Source: Selaginella moellendorffii (Eukaryota > Plantae > Lycopodiophyta). Taken from it: DNA of 64,000 bases. The DNA lies in NCBI RefSeq assembly GCF_000143415.4, contig NW_003314315.1, positions 434,001 to 498,000 of the forward strand. Reading direction: 5' to 3'. Positions 20,704 through 33,229 of this stretch are shown here, one piece after another. A program made the position numbers and the translations under genes. Position 1 is the stretch's first letter, and each line of letters begins with the position of its first letter. Under the pieces are notes generated by a model. It ran no database searches. It was not told the origin of the DNA and was given only the letters and a program-made list of their open reading frames with translations.

Positions 20704-23624
20704 ATGGTGTGGTGTAGCTACTGTGGCAAGGACCAGATTGCCGAGCACAACGATGGATTCATGTAAGTCCTCGCCAATGCTCTCGCTCGGACTGCGCGGT
20801 TTCTTGATCCGCAAGAAAATCTTTGTATCTCCTAATTTCCATCACTGTGTAGATGCTGTACTGGGTGTGGGAGAGTGCTCGATGACAATGTCTTCTCCTC
20901 CGAGCCGACCTTCGCGAAATCGGCGTCTGGACAGGTACTAAATCGTGATTTTCACGTAGATTTCGTTTCTCTTTGGTTTGCTCGAGATAAAGCTAGAAAA
21001 CTTTGCTTTGATAGATAACAAGTTTTCTTTCTTTCCTTTGATAACTATCTTACGTTCTCTCGCTTGCGCAGAGCCAATTCGTTGGGAACATTGTCAAGCA
21101 ATCACAGTATGGAACTTACGCTCGCATCGTCGACGATGGCACCGGGACCGTCTCGGGCTACCAGTCGAATTCTCATCAGAGAACGCTGGACAAAGGCAGG
21201 CAGGAGATTCGAAACATAGCGAGCTCGCTCTCAGTTGGCGGTGGCGATGATATCGTTGGTTCCGCGCATAGGATTTATGTCGTAAGTTTCTTTGTTTCCT
21301 TTTCTTTGCTTCCTTTTCTTTGCTCTTTTTTCCTGGCATAACACTCTACATAGTTAGCCGTGGAGAAAAACTTTACGAAAGGAAGGAGAACATCTCAAGT
21401 CGCCGCAGCATGCCTCTACATTGTTTGCAGGTAGAGTTTTCCTCGTATACGAACTCAAGCTTTGGCGCTTGTAGACAGGGAAATAAACCATATCTGCTGA
21501 TTGATTTCTCGGACTGCCTACAAACCAGTGTGTAAGTTGTGGTCGATTTTCGTGTGACTTCCTTAACGCTCAGACCTTGCATCTCTGCAGATATTTGCTA
21601 GGAGCAGTTTTTCTCCAACTATGTACCCTACTGAGATTAGATCAGCATCCAATGGTTCAAAAGCCTGTGGATCCAAGTCTGTTTATCCATCGTTTCACGG
21701 ACCGTGAGTATTGTTTTCTTTGTCTTGATGCTCATCTGATGTTACTCTTCAAAACCGCAGGACTTCTACACAGAATAGCACCAGGGACTTCCTCCAAAAA
21801 TCAATTTGCCATTGCAAATACTGCACTTAGGATAGTAGCTAGCATGAAGCAAGATTGGATTCAGGTTTGTATCTCTGATTTTGAGATACTGACCCCCGAC
21901 GTAATCTGGATCTTAGACGGGTAGGAGACCCAGCGGGATCTGTGGAGCTGCTTTACTTTTATCAACTCGAATTCATGGTTTGGAATGCTCGACAGCGGAT
22001 GTGGTAAATATCAGGTGTTGTTTTTCTTTCTTTGTGTAACGTTTTTGCTACTTCAGGAAAGCGTCGTTTACGTTTGCAAGGCTACGATAACCAAGCGGCT
22101 TGTAGAGTTTAGCAACACAGAAGCTGGTAGCCTAACTGTGAGAATCTTTTTAGTTTTTGCTGTTAACTTTGTTATTGAAGACAAAGAACTTATATTTTGC
22201 AGCCAGAAGAATTTGAAGCGAAGGCTAAACAACGAGAGAAAGAGATGCTGTCCGTTTCCCAGACTGATATTGTAAATAACGGGGTTATTAAGGAAATTCT
22301 TTGCGAGCACAAGGACTCGGGAGCTCAACACTACGCACATGGACTCTGCAAAAACTGCTATGACGATGTAAGCGTGGTCTACCTTGAATGATTGACATCT
22401 CTCTTTTCTTGTCTCCATTAGTTCGTCAAGATTTCTGGTGGATTACAAGGAGGATCTGCACCCCCGGCCTTTCAAAGAGCCCAGAAAGAGCGGGAGAGAC
22501 TATTGAAGAACAAAAAGAGAAAGCTGACCGCTGAGGTGAGCATAATAGAACGTGTTGCCGTCCTTACTTCTTTTCATTTTGTCCAGGCCATCTCAGACGA
22601 GGACGAAGATTTGACATGCACAAACAGCTCTCCAGTCGCTGAAAAAGCTATCAAGAAAAAGCTGGAACAAGAGGAACACAGTTACTTTGACGCTGACGAT
22701 GTGACCGAGAGTTGTGTCACACACGAAACGAAGGCCGAAAAGCGATACGAAGACAGTGTGGACGACGAACCGGAGTCACTATCTGATATCGACGACGTTG
22801 AGGCACGCAGTTTCTCTCTTCAATTAATCCAGACCCGCCATAAACGTTTCTTTTCTGCAGCTAACTACCTATCTCAACACAGAAGACGAGATCAGACTGA
22901 AAACCATTGTCTGGACGGAGATGAACAAAGAATACATCCAGGTATGATATGCAAAACGTGGAAGTTTCATGCGTGATGGTTATATTTCAGGAGCAAGAAG
23001 CCAAGGAGGCAGCACTCAAGGCGCAAGCTGAGTCCATGGCTGCCGTGTCGACGTCAGGAACTGCTGCAGAGATTGCCGCAGCTACAGTAGTGATGTCCAG
23101 AAAGGTAACGTCACTGCTTTTCATTTCGTCAGTCGGTCGTGATCTTCTTCCTCATTTATCCAGGCTAGAAAACACAAGCATGGTGATACTGCAAACTGCA
23201 AGCCCGCGGAATCAGCAGCCGAGGCAACCAGACAAATGCTAGAGAAAAAGGTAAGCTGGTCGTCATATAAAAGGAGAGGTGTTTAATCGAACTGTACTGG
23301 CAGAGACTGAGCTCCAAGCTGAACTATAGTGTGCTGGAGAAGATGTTTAACGGCAAGGTACGCCATATGTTTGCCTAGTCGCTCACTCTCACGACCTGTA
23401 TGGATGCTACACAGGAGGATTCGCCATCAAAATGGGTCGAAGAGCCTCCGGGAAAGACCGAGCCAGCCGACACCAAAGTCCCACCGGAAGAAGAACACGA
23501 TCAGGAAGGAAACGAAAACGAAAACGAGCACGAAAACGAGAACGAAGCCGAGCTGGAGAACGATATCCCGAGCTATAGCTACATTTACGAACAGGCCGTG
23601 GAAGAGGACTACGAAGAGTACTAG
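20704..23624 (+). CDS. BRF1: TFIIIB subunit Brf1 (TFIIB-related), multi-exon
   Basis: Zn ribbon MVWCSYC...CTGCG, cyclin repeats (KPYLLIDFSD, VDPSLFIHRF, DWIQTGRRPSG), PPAFQR, ESLSDIDD, RLSSKLNY. Confidence 0.92.
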
Positions 23625-23742
23625 ACAAACAATGAAACAAAATTTTGGTAGGAGCGAGCGAGCGAGCGAGGTAAGAAGAAAGAAGCAAGGTAAAAGACCA
23701 AAAGAAAGTTCTTGCTTTGCTTTCTTTCTTCCATGTATCTAA

Positions 23743-25612
23743 TCAAAACACGTCGAATGAATTGGATTCAGTCTCTACGAGCTGCTGGACCTTTTGCAAC
23801 TCCTCCTCGCTCTCAAAATTCTTGACGACGACGACGACTTTGCCACCGTCCTCGCCGCCGCCACCGTCACCCTCGCTCGTGACTTCAAACACCAGTCCCA
23901 CCGCAGCTTTCGAGTCGAGAAGCTCCAAAGTCTTGGCTCCAATCTCCTCCCGAGCACCGTCAGAGGCCAGCAGCGTCGAAGTTCGCAACACCACAACGCC
24001 ATCTTCCTCCTCCTCGTCACCACCCTCGCCGAGCAACCGAGGAGGAGGAAGATCGCAACTGGCAGCGTACTTATCATACGACGAGCAAATCTCCACGTCT
24101 TGCAAGGCCGGAGGACAAGCTTGCGCCAGCATCCCCTCCTGGAGCTGCTTCACGGCTTGGAGCTTCTTCTTCCTGGCTAGCAGCTCCTGGCTGTGGTGAT
24201 CGTCGTCAATGCCAATCTCTCTAAACTTCCTGCCTCGCTCGATCTCCTCGAGCGAGAAAGGTGGTGGAACCACCGGCGGCCGCGCTACCAGCTCCACCTC
24301 GCTCCATCTCACTTCCTGGAAGAAGGCGTGGTTTCTCACTTCCAACGCTCCCTGCCTGGATCCCAGCCTTTGCTCCGGGTCCTTGACGAGCAGCCCGGCG
24401 ATGAGATCCTTGAGCGGCGTCGGAGGGCCTGGAAGCTCCACCTCCTTGCAAAGGATGTTGTAGAACGTATCCTTCCTCCTCGAGCCTTTGAATGGAGTCT
24501 TGGCGTAGACGAGCTCGTAGAGGAAGACTCCAAACGTCCACCAGTCCACCGGCAGTCCATGGCCGGATCCCCACACCACCTCGGGAGCGACGTACTCCTC
24601 GGTCCCAACGAAGGAATTGGATCGGCAATCCGAGGAGGAGCCGCAGCTCCTGGGGAAGATTCTAGCCACGGCCTTCTTGCAGCTTTTGCTCGTATTCTTC
24701 CTCCTCTGGGTGATGATCCTCGGGAGCTCGAAGTGGAGTCCACAAGAGAGCGGCCTCGGCTTGCTCGGCTTCTTCTTCTTGTCCGTAAAGAGAGGTGACG
24801 AGGACGTTTTCTTCTTGGTGGCGAGGTTGAGCGAGAGATCGAAGTCTGTGAGCATTACGTGACCGTTCTCCTTGATGAGGATGTTCTCGGGCTTGAGGTC
24901 ACGGTAGATGATGCCGTGTTCGTGGAGATACTCGAGAGCTAGCAAAACCTCGGCAGCATAGAACCTGTAAGTACACACGCGATCAGTCTGAAAGGAAGGC
25001 AGTCCACAGCACCGAGTCAGGCTTTGCAAGCGAATCGAATACCCAAAGTTTTTCGACACGAGTTCTATCACGAAAGCAAACTCATCACAGTTCTTCCAAG
25101 CAAGAAAAGTTCTTCCAAAGAACGAGAGAGCACGCCTCCAAGCAAAGTTTCGTTTTTTCTTACCTGGTAGCGCTCTCCGAGAACCGCTTGTCCGGCTGCT
25201 TCTGCCGCAACACGTTGAGATCTCCTCCACAGCAGTAGTCCGTCACCAGGAACGTGTGCTTGTCCGTCTCAAAGTGAGCTAGCAGCCGAGGAAGAAACGG
25301 ATGATCCAAGGCCTTGAGTATCTCCTTCTCAGTCTGGGCCCTGTGGAAGTTCTCCCTCGCCGCCAACACCTCCTTCTTCATCACCTTCATGGCATACGGC
25401 GAGTTGTCCCCGCGGAGAGCCACCAAGAACACGGTCCCCATGTCACCATGCCCGATCGACTTGATGATCCGGAAGTCCCCCTGACTGTAGCATCGAGCGG
25501 GCTTGCAACTGCCGGCGGTGGAAGTGATGCATCGCAGCAGCGAAGAACTTTGCTGGACGCAACCATCCTCTCCTCCTTTTCTTTCTTCTGCTGCTACTGC
25601 GTGTGGAGGCAT
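23743..25612 (-). CDS. AGCVIII-family Ser/Thr kinase, one intron (~24965-25164)
   Basis: [19 protein letters not shown] motif, basic insertion, [10 protein letters not shown]; first in-frame ATG at 25612. Confidence 0.92.
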
Positions 25613-26072
25613 GCTGCGATCTTCTTCCTCTTTCTTCTTGCCGTTGTCGAGCTTGAAGATCTTCGCAAGAGCTCTCACTACCGCATCGCCACCTCCGCCT
25701 CCATCCCCGCCGGTGACGAAGAGAGGACCCAGCTTGGAATGTAAGTCACTGGCCTTGGGCGATGGCCTGGAGTCGTTAGTCCATCGCCGGGCGCTAGCCC
25801 CTCCTCCCGCGATCCATCACCACTGTGACTTGATAGCGTGATCTTTCAACCGGGGAGCGGCGGCGGCGGCGCGCGTTCGTTGCACGCTTGCGGTGAACCG
25901 CCATCTTCAATGGTCGTGCCAAGTCAGCCCTTCTATCAAACTATGACTTGGAAAAGAAAGAAAGAGTGGTCGATACTTCAAGCAAGAAAAGAAAGAACGA
26001 TCACGTACTAGGCATGATGGTAGCTCGGAGCTGATGTCTCCACCGCCACCAAATTTACTCTTTCTTTTCATC

Positions 26073-26560
26073 TCAGTCCTTGAAAGGCAAGCCATGGAGG
26101 CCTTGCTCGAGCATGAGAGCATGTTCTTCCACCACGGCCGCCAGCGGCATCGGTGTAAAGTTTCCAGCGGGACCGTAGAAATGTGGAAAGAACACGCCAG
26201 GCTCGGCCTCATCGTATTTTACCACTCCATCATCGGCCAACTGAAGAAGAAACATTAGGATCAAAATAGTAGTTTAAAAGCAAACTTTGGGCTATGGCTA
26301 CCTTGTGAGGGTCGACAACCAGGAGCACTAGATCGTCTCTACCAGCGAAGAAGAGAGCCAGGACTCCCGCAACCTGGAAACTTAATTAAGCCGTCACTCA
26401 AGAGCTAGAATCAGAAGTAGAAAACTTGTACCTGAGACTTGGTACTAAGATGGATGAAACCCGATTTCTTGTCAAGAGTGTTGCCTCGCAGTAGCCCATC
26501 AAGCTTGGCCTCGTTGAGCTCCTCTCGGGAGCAAACCCTGTAAAGGAAGCGCTCGCCCAT
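26073..26560 (-). CDS. DUF952-family protein, 3 exons
   Basis: MGERFLYRV...GFIHLST..Q / FFAGRDDLVLL / FPHFYG. Confidence 0.85.
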
Positions 26561-26729
26561 GGCTAAAAAGAATTTGCTATTTGCTTAGAACAAAAAGATT
26601 CTAAGTCAGTCAGTCTATAGACTATGTTTCCATGTGTTTCGGAAACACACATGCTTCTTTCCTAGCCTGTGTGATGCATATGCTGACTGCATCAAGATGA
26701 ATTCTAATCAAAGCTTTACCTCGTTGAGG

Positions 26730-28926
26730 CTATGACGTGAACAAACGAGGAACTTGGTTTCGGATTCTGCTAGATCGCCTCACGGGTGTGAGTTTTACCT
26801 CCTCTTTCTCGGATCCCTGGAAAGTTTTCAGTAGAGAACTTGAGGATGCGAGCGAGATAAGTATACTCAGCAAACGTACCTCGTTGTAAACAACGCGCTT
26901 GTAAGCAGTAAAACTCCCGTATGGCGAGTAGCCTCCAGTCTCCTGCTCCGGCGTCAGTATAAGCTCTTCGTCAGCTCCTCTCATCCGCATTATATCTTGA
27001 ACTGATAGCTCGCAACCCGGGCTTGAGAACTCTTCCACTGGTGGTTTCTCCGGAACTTTCGCAGGCGATTGGAGACGGTAGGAAACAGCCAAGCCCAGAA
27101 CTGCGACGATTAAAACTGCTCCAAGATAAAGCTTGTTGTTGTTGTCATGCTGCTCTTCGAAGTAGTTTTCTCCAGCATTGGGAATTTCCAACTCCATATC
27201 AGCTTCGTTGATCATGTCTTGCTTCACCGCTGCGTTTGGCATCGACGCTGAGTTCACTGGAGAACGATGCTCTGGTAACCGACACACCGAAATGGTGTCT
27301 CCTATCCAGTCAATGGCTTTAGAAACCTCATCACTTTCGAACGCCGGATCTGTTTCCGCTACGTGAGTGTTACCGTCTGCCTCTTCGTTAAGCTTCTCGA
27401 AATATGGAACGTCGCGATGAGCAGCGGAAATAGACGGGGATGGAAGACGAAGATAGCGGTGAATCAAAGCCTCATTTGCATAGCTTTCGACCGAAGTAAA
27501 CCACTGGCGCGCCTTCGAGAAGCTATCTTCGAAACTCCATCCTGTGAGCACATCTCTAGCTGTACTCTCCAGCGGTATGGCTTGTTCAATAAGCGATACT
27601 GTCGCAACCCTCAAGCGGTAGTACTGTCCTTGAAACTCGCGGCAGGAGTTGAAGAGAACGTCCTTTGCATGGTTGCCAAGAACCAAGCTCGAGTAGTAGC
27701 TGGTGATGATCCTCACGGAATTGAAGCCCAGTCCTTCCGCGAGCTTGCCGGAAGACTTCTCGTAAAGCTCCAAAAGCTGGCGTTTTGCTACTGAGCAGTG
27801 TTCCAGCAATGTCGCAGGATTAACATAAAGCCCGACCGTGTCTGCCTCGGAGCTCCACTCTATCTCGCCAGGAACCACGCAAAATTCTGATCGTCTGCTC
27901 CAGAGTTCATGAAAAATCTGCCTTGGTGGAGCTGCCAGTGCCGAGATGTACAACAAAAGAACCAGGAATCCCAGAGCCCCGCTCCACTTGATACTTCTCG
28001 AGATGTTTTGCCTTCCACAATGAACGTTGGAAACTGTCTTGGTTTCTTCCACCACCACCGCTGCTACGTTGCTTTCGATTGAAGTTACTGCCGCAAGAGC
28101 TTCCTCAGGAGCATGAACGATCCAATCATCCAGCTCCACTTTCTCGAAAATCATCGAGGAAGCGATCGCCAAATCTTCCTCTTCGCTCGTGCCATGGCTG
28201 CTGCTCCCCGAGGACGAATGCTGAGGAGATTGATGTTCTCCAGGAGTTTCTACGCCACCAAAAAGATTCCTGGCCAAATCCTTTGAGTCCGCCACCTCTC
28301 GATGATGAGTCGTGGGACGCTCTTGGACCCATCCAGCCACTGGCTCCGGCTCTCCCAGCACCTCTACGTTCACCGGAAACGTCGAGACTTGATCCACAGC
28401 ACACGCAGCATCGGCCGGAGACTCCATCCCACTCAAGCTCTCTTTGAGCTCTATCCCCGAAGAACTTGGAATCTGCCATTCCTTGCGGCACCTCTTCGAA
28501 GAAACCACCGCAGCGTCAACGACGTTGTGTTCTCCAAGAATTTTCTTTGGCGAGGGTGGTTTCGCAAGAGCTCTCTGTTTGTTCGAAGAAGCCGGAGAAG
28601 AAGGGATCTTACAAGGAGGACCATTTTCCTTGAGGTGCTGGTGGTCTGGCGTCTTCGGCACCGGCAAGGGAAATCCCCTCCTCACTGCCAGGAATTTCAT
28701 CCAGCGATTAGGCCATAGTTTCGCAACGCTATGCTAGATTGGAGAGCTAGAAATCTAGAAATCTCTCACCTGGAGGGCGCATTGGAGAGCTCGTGAACAC
28801 TGGACTGCTGCATTTTCGCGCAAATCCTCCCCCCTCCTGCCGCGGCACGACCTGGCAAGGGCTCTTTTTGGGAGCGACCGGCGACCTGGTAAACTTGGAG
28901 CGATCTGGCTTGCAAGAAAACGCCAT
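26730..28926 (-). CDS. Plant 2-TM protein with KEN box and C-terminal YGSFT...TPVRRSSRIR motifs
   Basis: 656-aa ORF with two hydrophobic segments, KEN, YGSFTAY and LTPVRRSSRIRNQ; probable first exon 28926-28771. Confidence 0.75.
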
Positions 28927-29014
28927 AGCGAGCGCGCAGCGGAGCGAGAAATCTATACAAAATACCTCTCGATCGCTACTACTACGATCTCGTAAGAACC
29001 CTAGGTACATCCGC

Positions 29015-29055
29015 CCAAACGGTCCCAACGTTTTTTAAACTTCCAACGGTCACTG
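29015..29055. promoter_or_regulatory. MSA-like (AACGG) elements upstream of the 2-TM gene
   Basis: AAACGGTC at 29017 and CCAACGGTCA at 29043, with TTTAAA between. Confidence 0.45.
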
Positions 29056-29085
29056 GCCCAAACACGGCCCATTCCGTACAGAGAA

Positions 29086-30903
29086 TCATTTTGGGCATCT
29101 AGGGTTCTTTGAATTTTTGGGCTTGGTGGCGTAGATCTGTGCGAGCAAGACGTGGGCGGTTCCGGGGTCTAGATCGAGCAATTCTTTTGCGACGCGCTCG
29201 CCGCGATCGAGGTCTCGGTGGATCCGGCACGCGCCCATCAGCGCACCCCAGGCCATCAAATCCGGCTCGAATGGCATGCTGTGGATGAGATCCTCGGCCT
29301 GATCGAGATGCCCCATTCTTCCCAGCAGATCCAGCACGCAGCAAAACTGCTCCTTGCGAGGGCGGAGCCCAAAATTGTAGCCCATCGACACGAAGTAGCT
29401 CCAGCCCAGATCGATGTGGTCGCACGCGATCAAAGCGCCAGTGAAAGCGATCTCGTCGGGATGGATTCCATCCAAGACCATCGCCCAAAAGAGCTCCAGC
29501 GCGCGCCCGCCATTGCCGCCATTGGCATTTGCTACGATTAGAGTAGTCCAGGTGACCAAATTCCTCTCGCTCATCGCATCAAAAAGCGCCATCGCTCGAT
29601 CGAGATTACCACTTTGGACAAACGCCACCACGGTCGCTGTTCTTGACACAACGTTGTGACCCGGCATATTCCAGACGGTAGTAAGAAATTCCTGCATATG
29701 CCCTTTTTGGGCATATGCTGTGAAGAGAACAGTCCAGCATACAATGTCGTGCTCGGGCATAGAATCTAGCATATACTTTGCCTCCTCTAGATACCCACAC
29801 AAAGAATATGCTTGAACTATTCCTGTCCATGACACCAAATTCCTGGCCTCCATGGTGTCAAATAAGACTTTGGATTCCTCCAAATACCCTTCTTGGGCAT
29901 ATGCACGAAGTATAACAGTTTGAGAGACTACGTCATGCTTTGGCATGGAGTCGAAAACTATTTTAGCGTCTTCCAGCTCGAAATTCTCCACGTAACCTTG
30001 CAACAGCAGTGTCCATGAAGCGAGAACTCTCTCCGGGATGGAATCGAAGAACTTACGAGCAAGGACGAGGCACCCATTCTCAGCCAGTGCCTTGATCATC
30101 GCGTTCTTGGTCACAATATCGTGCCAGGGCATTAGGTTGAACAGATCTGTGGCTTGGGCGAGGAGTGAGTTCTCCGCAAGCGCAGTGATGAGCGCATTGG
30201 ACGAAGAGAGGCACCACTCGGGCATCTGATTGTAAAGAGTTCTTGCGTGTTCCAAATTTTCTCTCTGGGCATTTGCTGTCACAAGGATGTTCCACGAGAT
30301 CACGCTCCAAGCCGGCATCTGATTGAAAATCCTTTTAACCTCGGACAATTTTCCGTGCTCGCTAACACAGTGCATCATAGAGTTCCAGGAGATTACGTTT
30401 TTCTCTGGCATGGAATTAAAGAGAAGCTTCGCTTTCGACAGATACCCGTTGTGGGCATATGCTGTGAGCATTGAGTTTAAAGAGACCAGCGTCACAAACT
30501 CCATGGAAACAAAAATCTCCTCGGCTCTACCAACTTTCCCCTGCTGCCCAAATGCCGCAATCGCGATGTTAAACGAGACGGTGTTCTTAGCAGGCATTGT
30601 CTCGAACACACTAATCGCTCTCTCAAAATCCCCTGTCTGGGCAAATGCTGCAATGATATGTGTCCAGGAGAAGAAATTGCGCTGCTCAAGGCCCTGGAAC
30701 ACAAGCCAGGCATCGTCGACGCTGCCACACCTGGTGTACATCTGGATAACAAGATTCGACAGGAAAACATTGCTCTTGAGCCCATTCGTGAGAATTCTTG
30801 CATGGATTTGCCTTGCCCGGTCAAGGCGCTTGCATTCCCTGATCTGTGAAGCTAGACTCGTGAAGCTCAAATCGCGAGATTGGATGACACCAATGGACGA
30901 CAT
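29086..30903 (-). CDS. PLS/SS-rich PPR protein with E domain
   Basis: Tandem short PPR repeats, FCCVLDLLGRMG, WGALMGACRIH; first ATG at 30903. Confidence 0.92.
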   Translation of the reverse strand: MSSIGVIQSRDLSFTSLASQIRECKRLDRARQIHARILTNGLKSNVFLSNLVIQMYTRCGSVDDAWLVFQGLEQRNFFSWTHIIAAFAQTGDFERAISVFETMPAKNTVSFNIAIAAFGQQGKVGRAEEIFVSMEFVTLVSLNSMLTAYAHNGYLSKAKLLFNSMPEKNVISWNSMMHCVSEHGKLSEVKRIFNQMPAWSVISWNILVTANAQRENLEHARTLYNQMPEWCLSSSNALITALAENSLLAQATDLFNLMPWHDIVTKNAMIKALAENGCLVLARKFFDSIPERVLASWTLLLQGYVENFELEDAKIVFDSMPKHDVVSQTVILRAYAQEGYLEESKVLFDTMEARNLVSWTGIVQAYSLCGYLEEAKYMLDSMPEHDIVCWTVLFTAYAQKGHMQEFLTTVWNMPGHNVVSRTATVVAFVQSGNLDRAMALFDAMSERNLVTWTTLIVANANGGNGGRALELFWAMVLDGIHPDEIAFTGALIACDHIDLGWSYFVSMGYNFGLRPRKEQFCCVLDLLGRMGHLDQAEDLIHSMPFEPDLMAWGALMGACRIHRDLDRGERVAKELLDLDPGTAHVLLAQIYATKPKNSKNPRCPK

Positions 30904-31010
30904 TGGTTTGAAGAGTCCATAAGGAGAAGTCAAAAAAGGTCAAATAGGAATTAGGGTTCTTGAGGATCTATAAGGACTGTGAGAGATTAGGGTTTTTGTA
31001 TCGAGGAGGA

Positions 31011-31604
31011 ATGAGGCAAGTTCGCGAGTGGCTCTACATTGGCAACGCTGACGACGCGGGTAGTTTCGTCTCTGGGTCTTGGCATGGATTCACCCACATC
31101 CTCACCCTAGCTCCAGTTTGCCTGGGCGATGGCTGCAACTTCATCAAAGTCGTGCCCGAGTATCGCATGGAAGAGTTCGTTCGTGTCGCCCGGCAGCTCC
31201 AGGAGAAGCGCCCCGGCTTTGCTGGCACTCCACCAGTGCGTAAGATCGTCCCGTTGGTGGACGAGGAGAGCCAGGACATAGCGCAGGTGCTGCGAGAGTG
31301 CCTGGGTTTCATTGATCGAGGGGTGGAGGAGGGGATTGTTCTCGTCCACTGCATTGGCGGCTTCTCTCGCAGCGCGTCGGTGGTGACGGCGTATTTGATG
31401 TGGAAGGAGGGGCTGGGCATGGACGAGGCGCTCGAGTCCCTGAGGAGATGCAAGGAGGGGATTCGCCCAAACGCGGGATTTATCAAGCAGCTGCGAGAAT
31501 TCGAGCAAAGAGGTGACGAGTTTGATGTGTTGCAAGATCGTGAGACCGAGCACAAAGCTATGGAGTATCGATGTAAACTGTGCAAGAGAGAAATGGTTGT
31601 ATGA
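31011..31604 (+). CDS. Dual-specificity phosphatase, DUSP12/YVH1-like with truncated Zn domain
   Basis: LYIGN, VHCIGGFSRS, PNAGFIKQL; ends YRCKLCKREMVV. Confidence 0.85.
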   Translation: MRQVREWLYIGNADDAGSFVSGSWHGFTHILTLAPVCLGDGCNFIKVVPEYRMEEFVRVARQLQEKRPGFAGTPPVRKIVPLVDEESQDIAQVLRECLGFIDRGVEEGIVLVHCIGGFSRSASVVTAYLMWKEGLGMDEALESLRRCKEGIRPNAGFIKQLREFEQRGDEFDVLQDRETEHKAMEYRCKLCKREMVV

Positions 31605-31639
31605 CTGAAACTTTCAATATAGAGTAGTGGATCAAGGCT

Positions 31640-32995
31640 CTAGAGATAGAGAAGCTCTTTTAGACGAGCGCGGGAAACCTCCATGGCCTCCATGGCCTTG
31701 GATTTGATTTCCTTTGCTCGTTTTCTCAGCGTTTCACTGCCCATCAAACTCCTGGAGGCTCGCTCGACTTCGCTCCTTCCAACAATCCTGGAGCTTCCAT
31801 CGCTGCTGTTCTTGCTCTCGATCCTCACCCCGACTCTCCACACGTCCACCATGAACTTACAGTTGATGGGCTGGTCGCCCATGAACGGCCACCCGATCAT
31901 CGGGACCCCGGAGCTCAAGCTCTCGAGCGTCGAGTTCCAGCCGCAGTGCGTGACAAATCCTCCCACGCTCGGGTGCCTGAGAATATCAATCTGCGAGCTC
32001 CATGACACGATCAGCCCCCGGTTTCCAATCCTCGTCCGCAAGCCCTGGAGGAAATCCCCGAGCTTTCGCTGGGAGCTCTCACGTAGGACCCAGAGAAAGC
32101 TCTGCTGGCTTGCCTCCAAGCCATAGCCGACCTCCATGACTTGTTCTTCCGGGAGCTCCACCATTGTTCCAAAGCACACGTACAACACGGACGAAACCTC
32201 TTGTGCGTCGAGCCATTCTTTTTGGACGTGATCTTCCATGCTTGATACCGCCCCGACGAGCACTGGCCCAACGTTGACAAGCTTGCCAAATCCCTGGTCC
32301 CTCAAATCACCCAAAGTTTGCTCCTCCAACTCGTCCAAAGTATTCATCATCAGCCATGGAGCCTTGAGCAGGTTCTTGAGCTTTCTCATCGAGCTAAAGC
32401 TCACTGGATCCAGAGGGTCCTCGGGGATGTCCGTGAAAACCGAGAGCTCGCAAGGAACGCCTGGTATCACGGACGAATCCACCACTTTCTTCTCGGGCGA
32501 TCGATCGTTCCTGGAGAGCGGAAGGAATCCTTTCTTCAGGAGCGTCTCGACGTTGACAGTGATGTGGAGCATGGCCGCCGACGACACCCAAAACGCAGCA
32601 ACGTTGCAAGCTAAGCTCTCGAGACGGTCGATAAGCAGGAAGTCGATGATGGCCAGGGAAACCGGCCCGAGCTCTGGAGCAGAAGCCGCGACCAGCTTCT
32701 TAATCTCGTCCGAGTTCCTGGCCATGACCTCGATGCTCTCAGGGAGCGTATAGCCGCTGCGGTTTCTATCGACTTCCAGAGCCTGGAATCTAATTGCTTG
32801 CCTCAATTTTTGGTCGCCGTCGCAGAGATGGTTGAGGGCCGAGAGTGATGCTTGGAGAGTGCTGCTCGTTGTGATGAATGTGATATCGGATCCAAGGGAC
32901 GCTAGCTGCACAGAGAGCTGGAGCAACGGATTAGTGTGGCCAGAGATTGGAAGAGGAATCACCACAACATGAGGCGGATTGCTTCGGGACGCCAT
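31640..32995 (-). CDS. Family 1 UDP-glycosyltransferase, intronless
   Basis: GHTNP and complete PSPG box WSSQ...HCGWNS...DQ. Confidence 0.95.
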   Translation of the reverse strand: MASRSNPPHVVVIPLPISGHTNPLLQLSVQLASLGSDITFITTSSTLQASLSALNHLCDGDQKLRQAIRFQALEVDRNRSGYTLPESIEVMARNSDEIKKLVAASAPELGPVSLAIIDFLLIDRLESLACNVAAFWVSSAAMLHITVNVETLLKKGFLPLSRNDRSPEKKVVDSSVIPGVPCELSVFTDIPEDPLDPVSFSSMRKLKNLLKAPWLMMNTLDELEEQTLGDLRDQGFGKLVNVGPVLVGAVSSMEDHVQKEWLDAQEVSSVLYVCFGTMVELPEEQVMEVGYGLEASQQSFLWVLRESSQRKLGDFLQGLRTRIGNRGLIVSWSSQIDILRHPSVGGFVTHCGWNSTLESLSSGVPMIGWPFMGDQPINCKFMVDVWRVGVRIESKNSSDGSSRIVGRSEVERASRSLMGSETLRKRAKEIKSKAMEAMEVSRARLKELLYL

Positions 32996-33229
32996 AGCTG
33001 ACAAGCTCTCTCGGCTTGAGACTTATACAAGAGAAGATTCTCAAAGTTATGCGTTAGGTAAGTTGATGACACCCCAACCGTCTAGTCGATCACATATGGA
33101 GACATAAACTCACAAGTGGCACCCACAAGACGGGTGGGCAGAGCCAGTGAGTGGGAGCGCGCCCGCAACGAGGACGCCACCAGATAATCCAACTTGCAAG
33201 AACTCGCTTACTCCATTTTGATACTTTTA

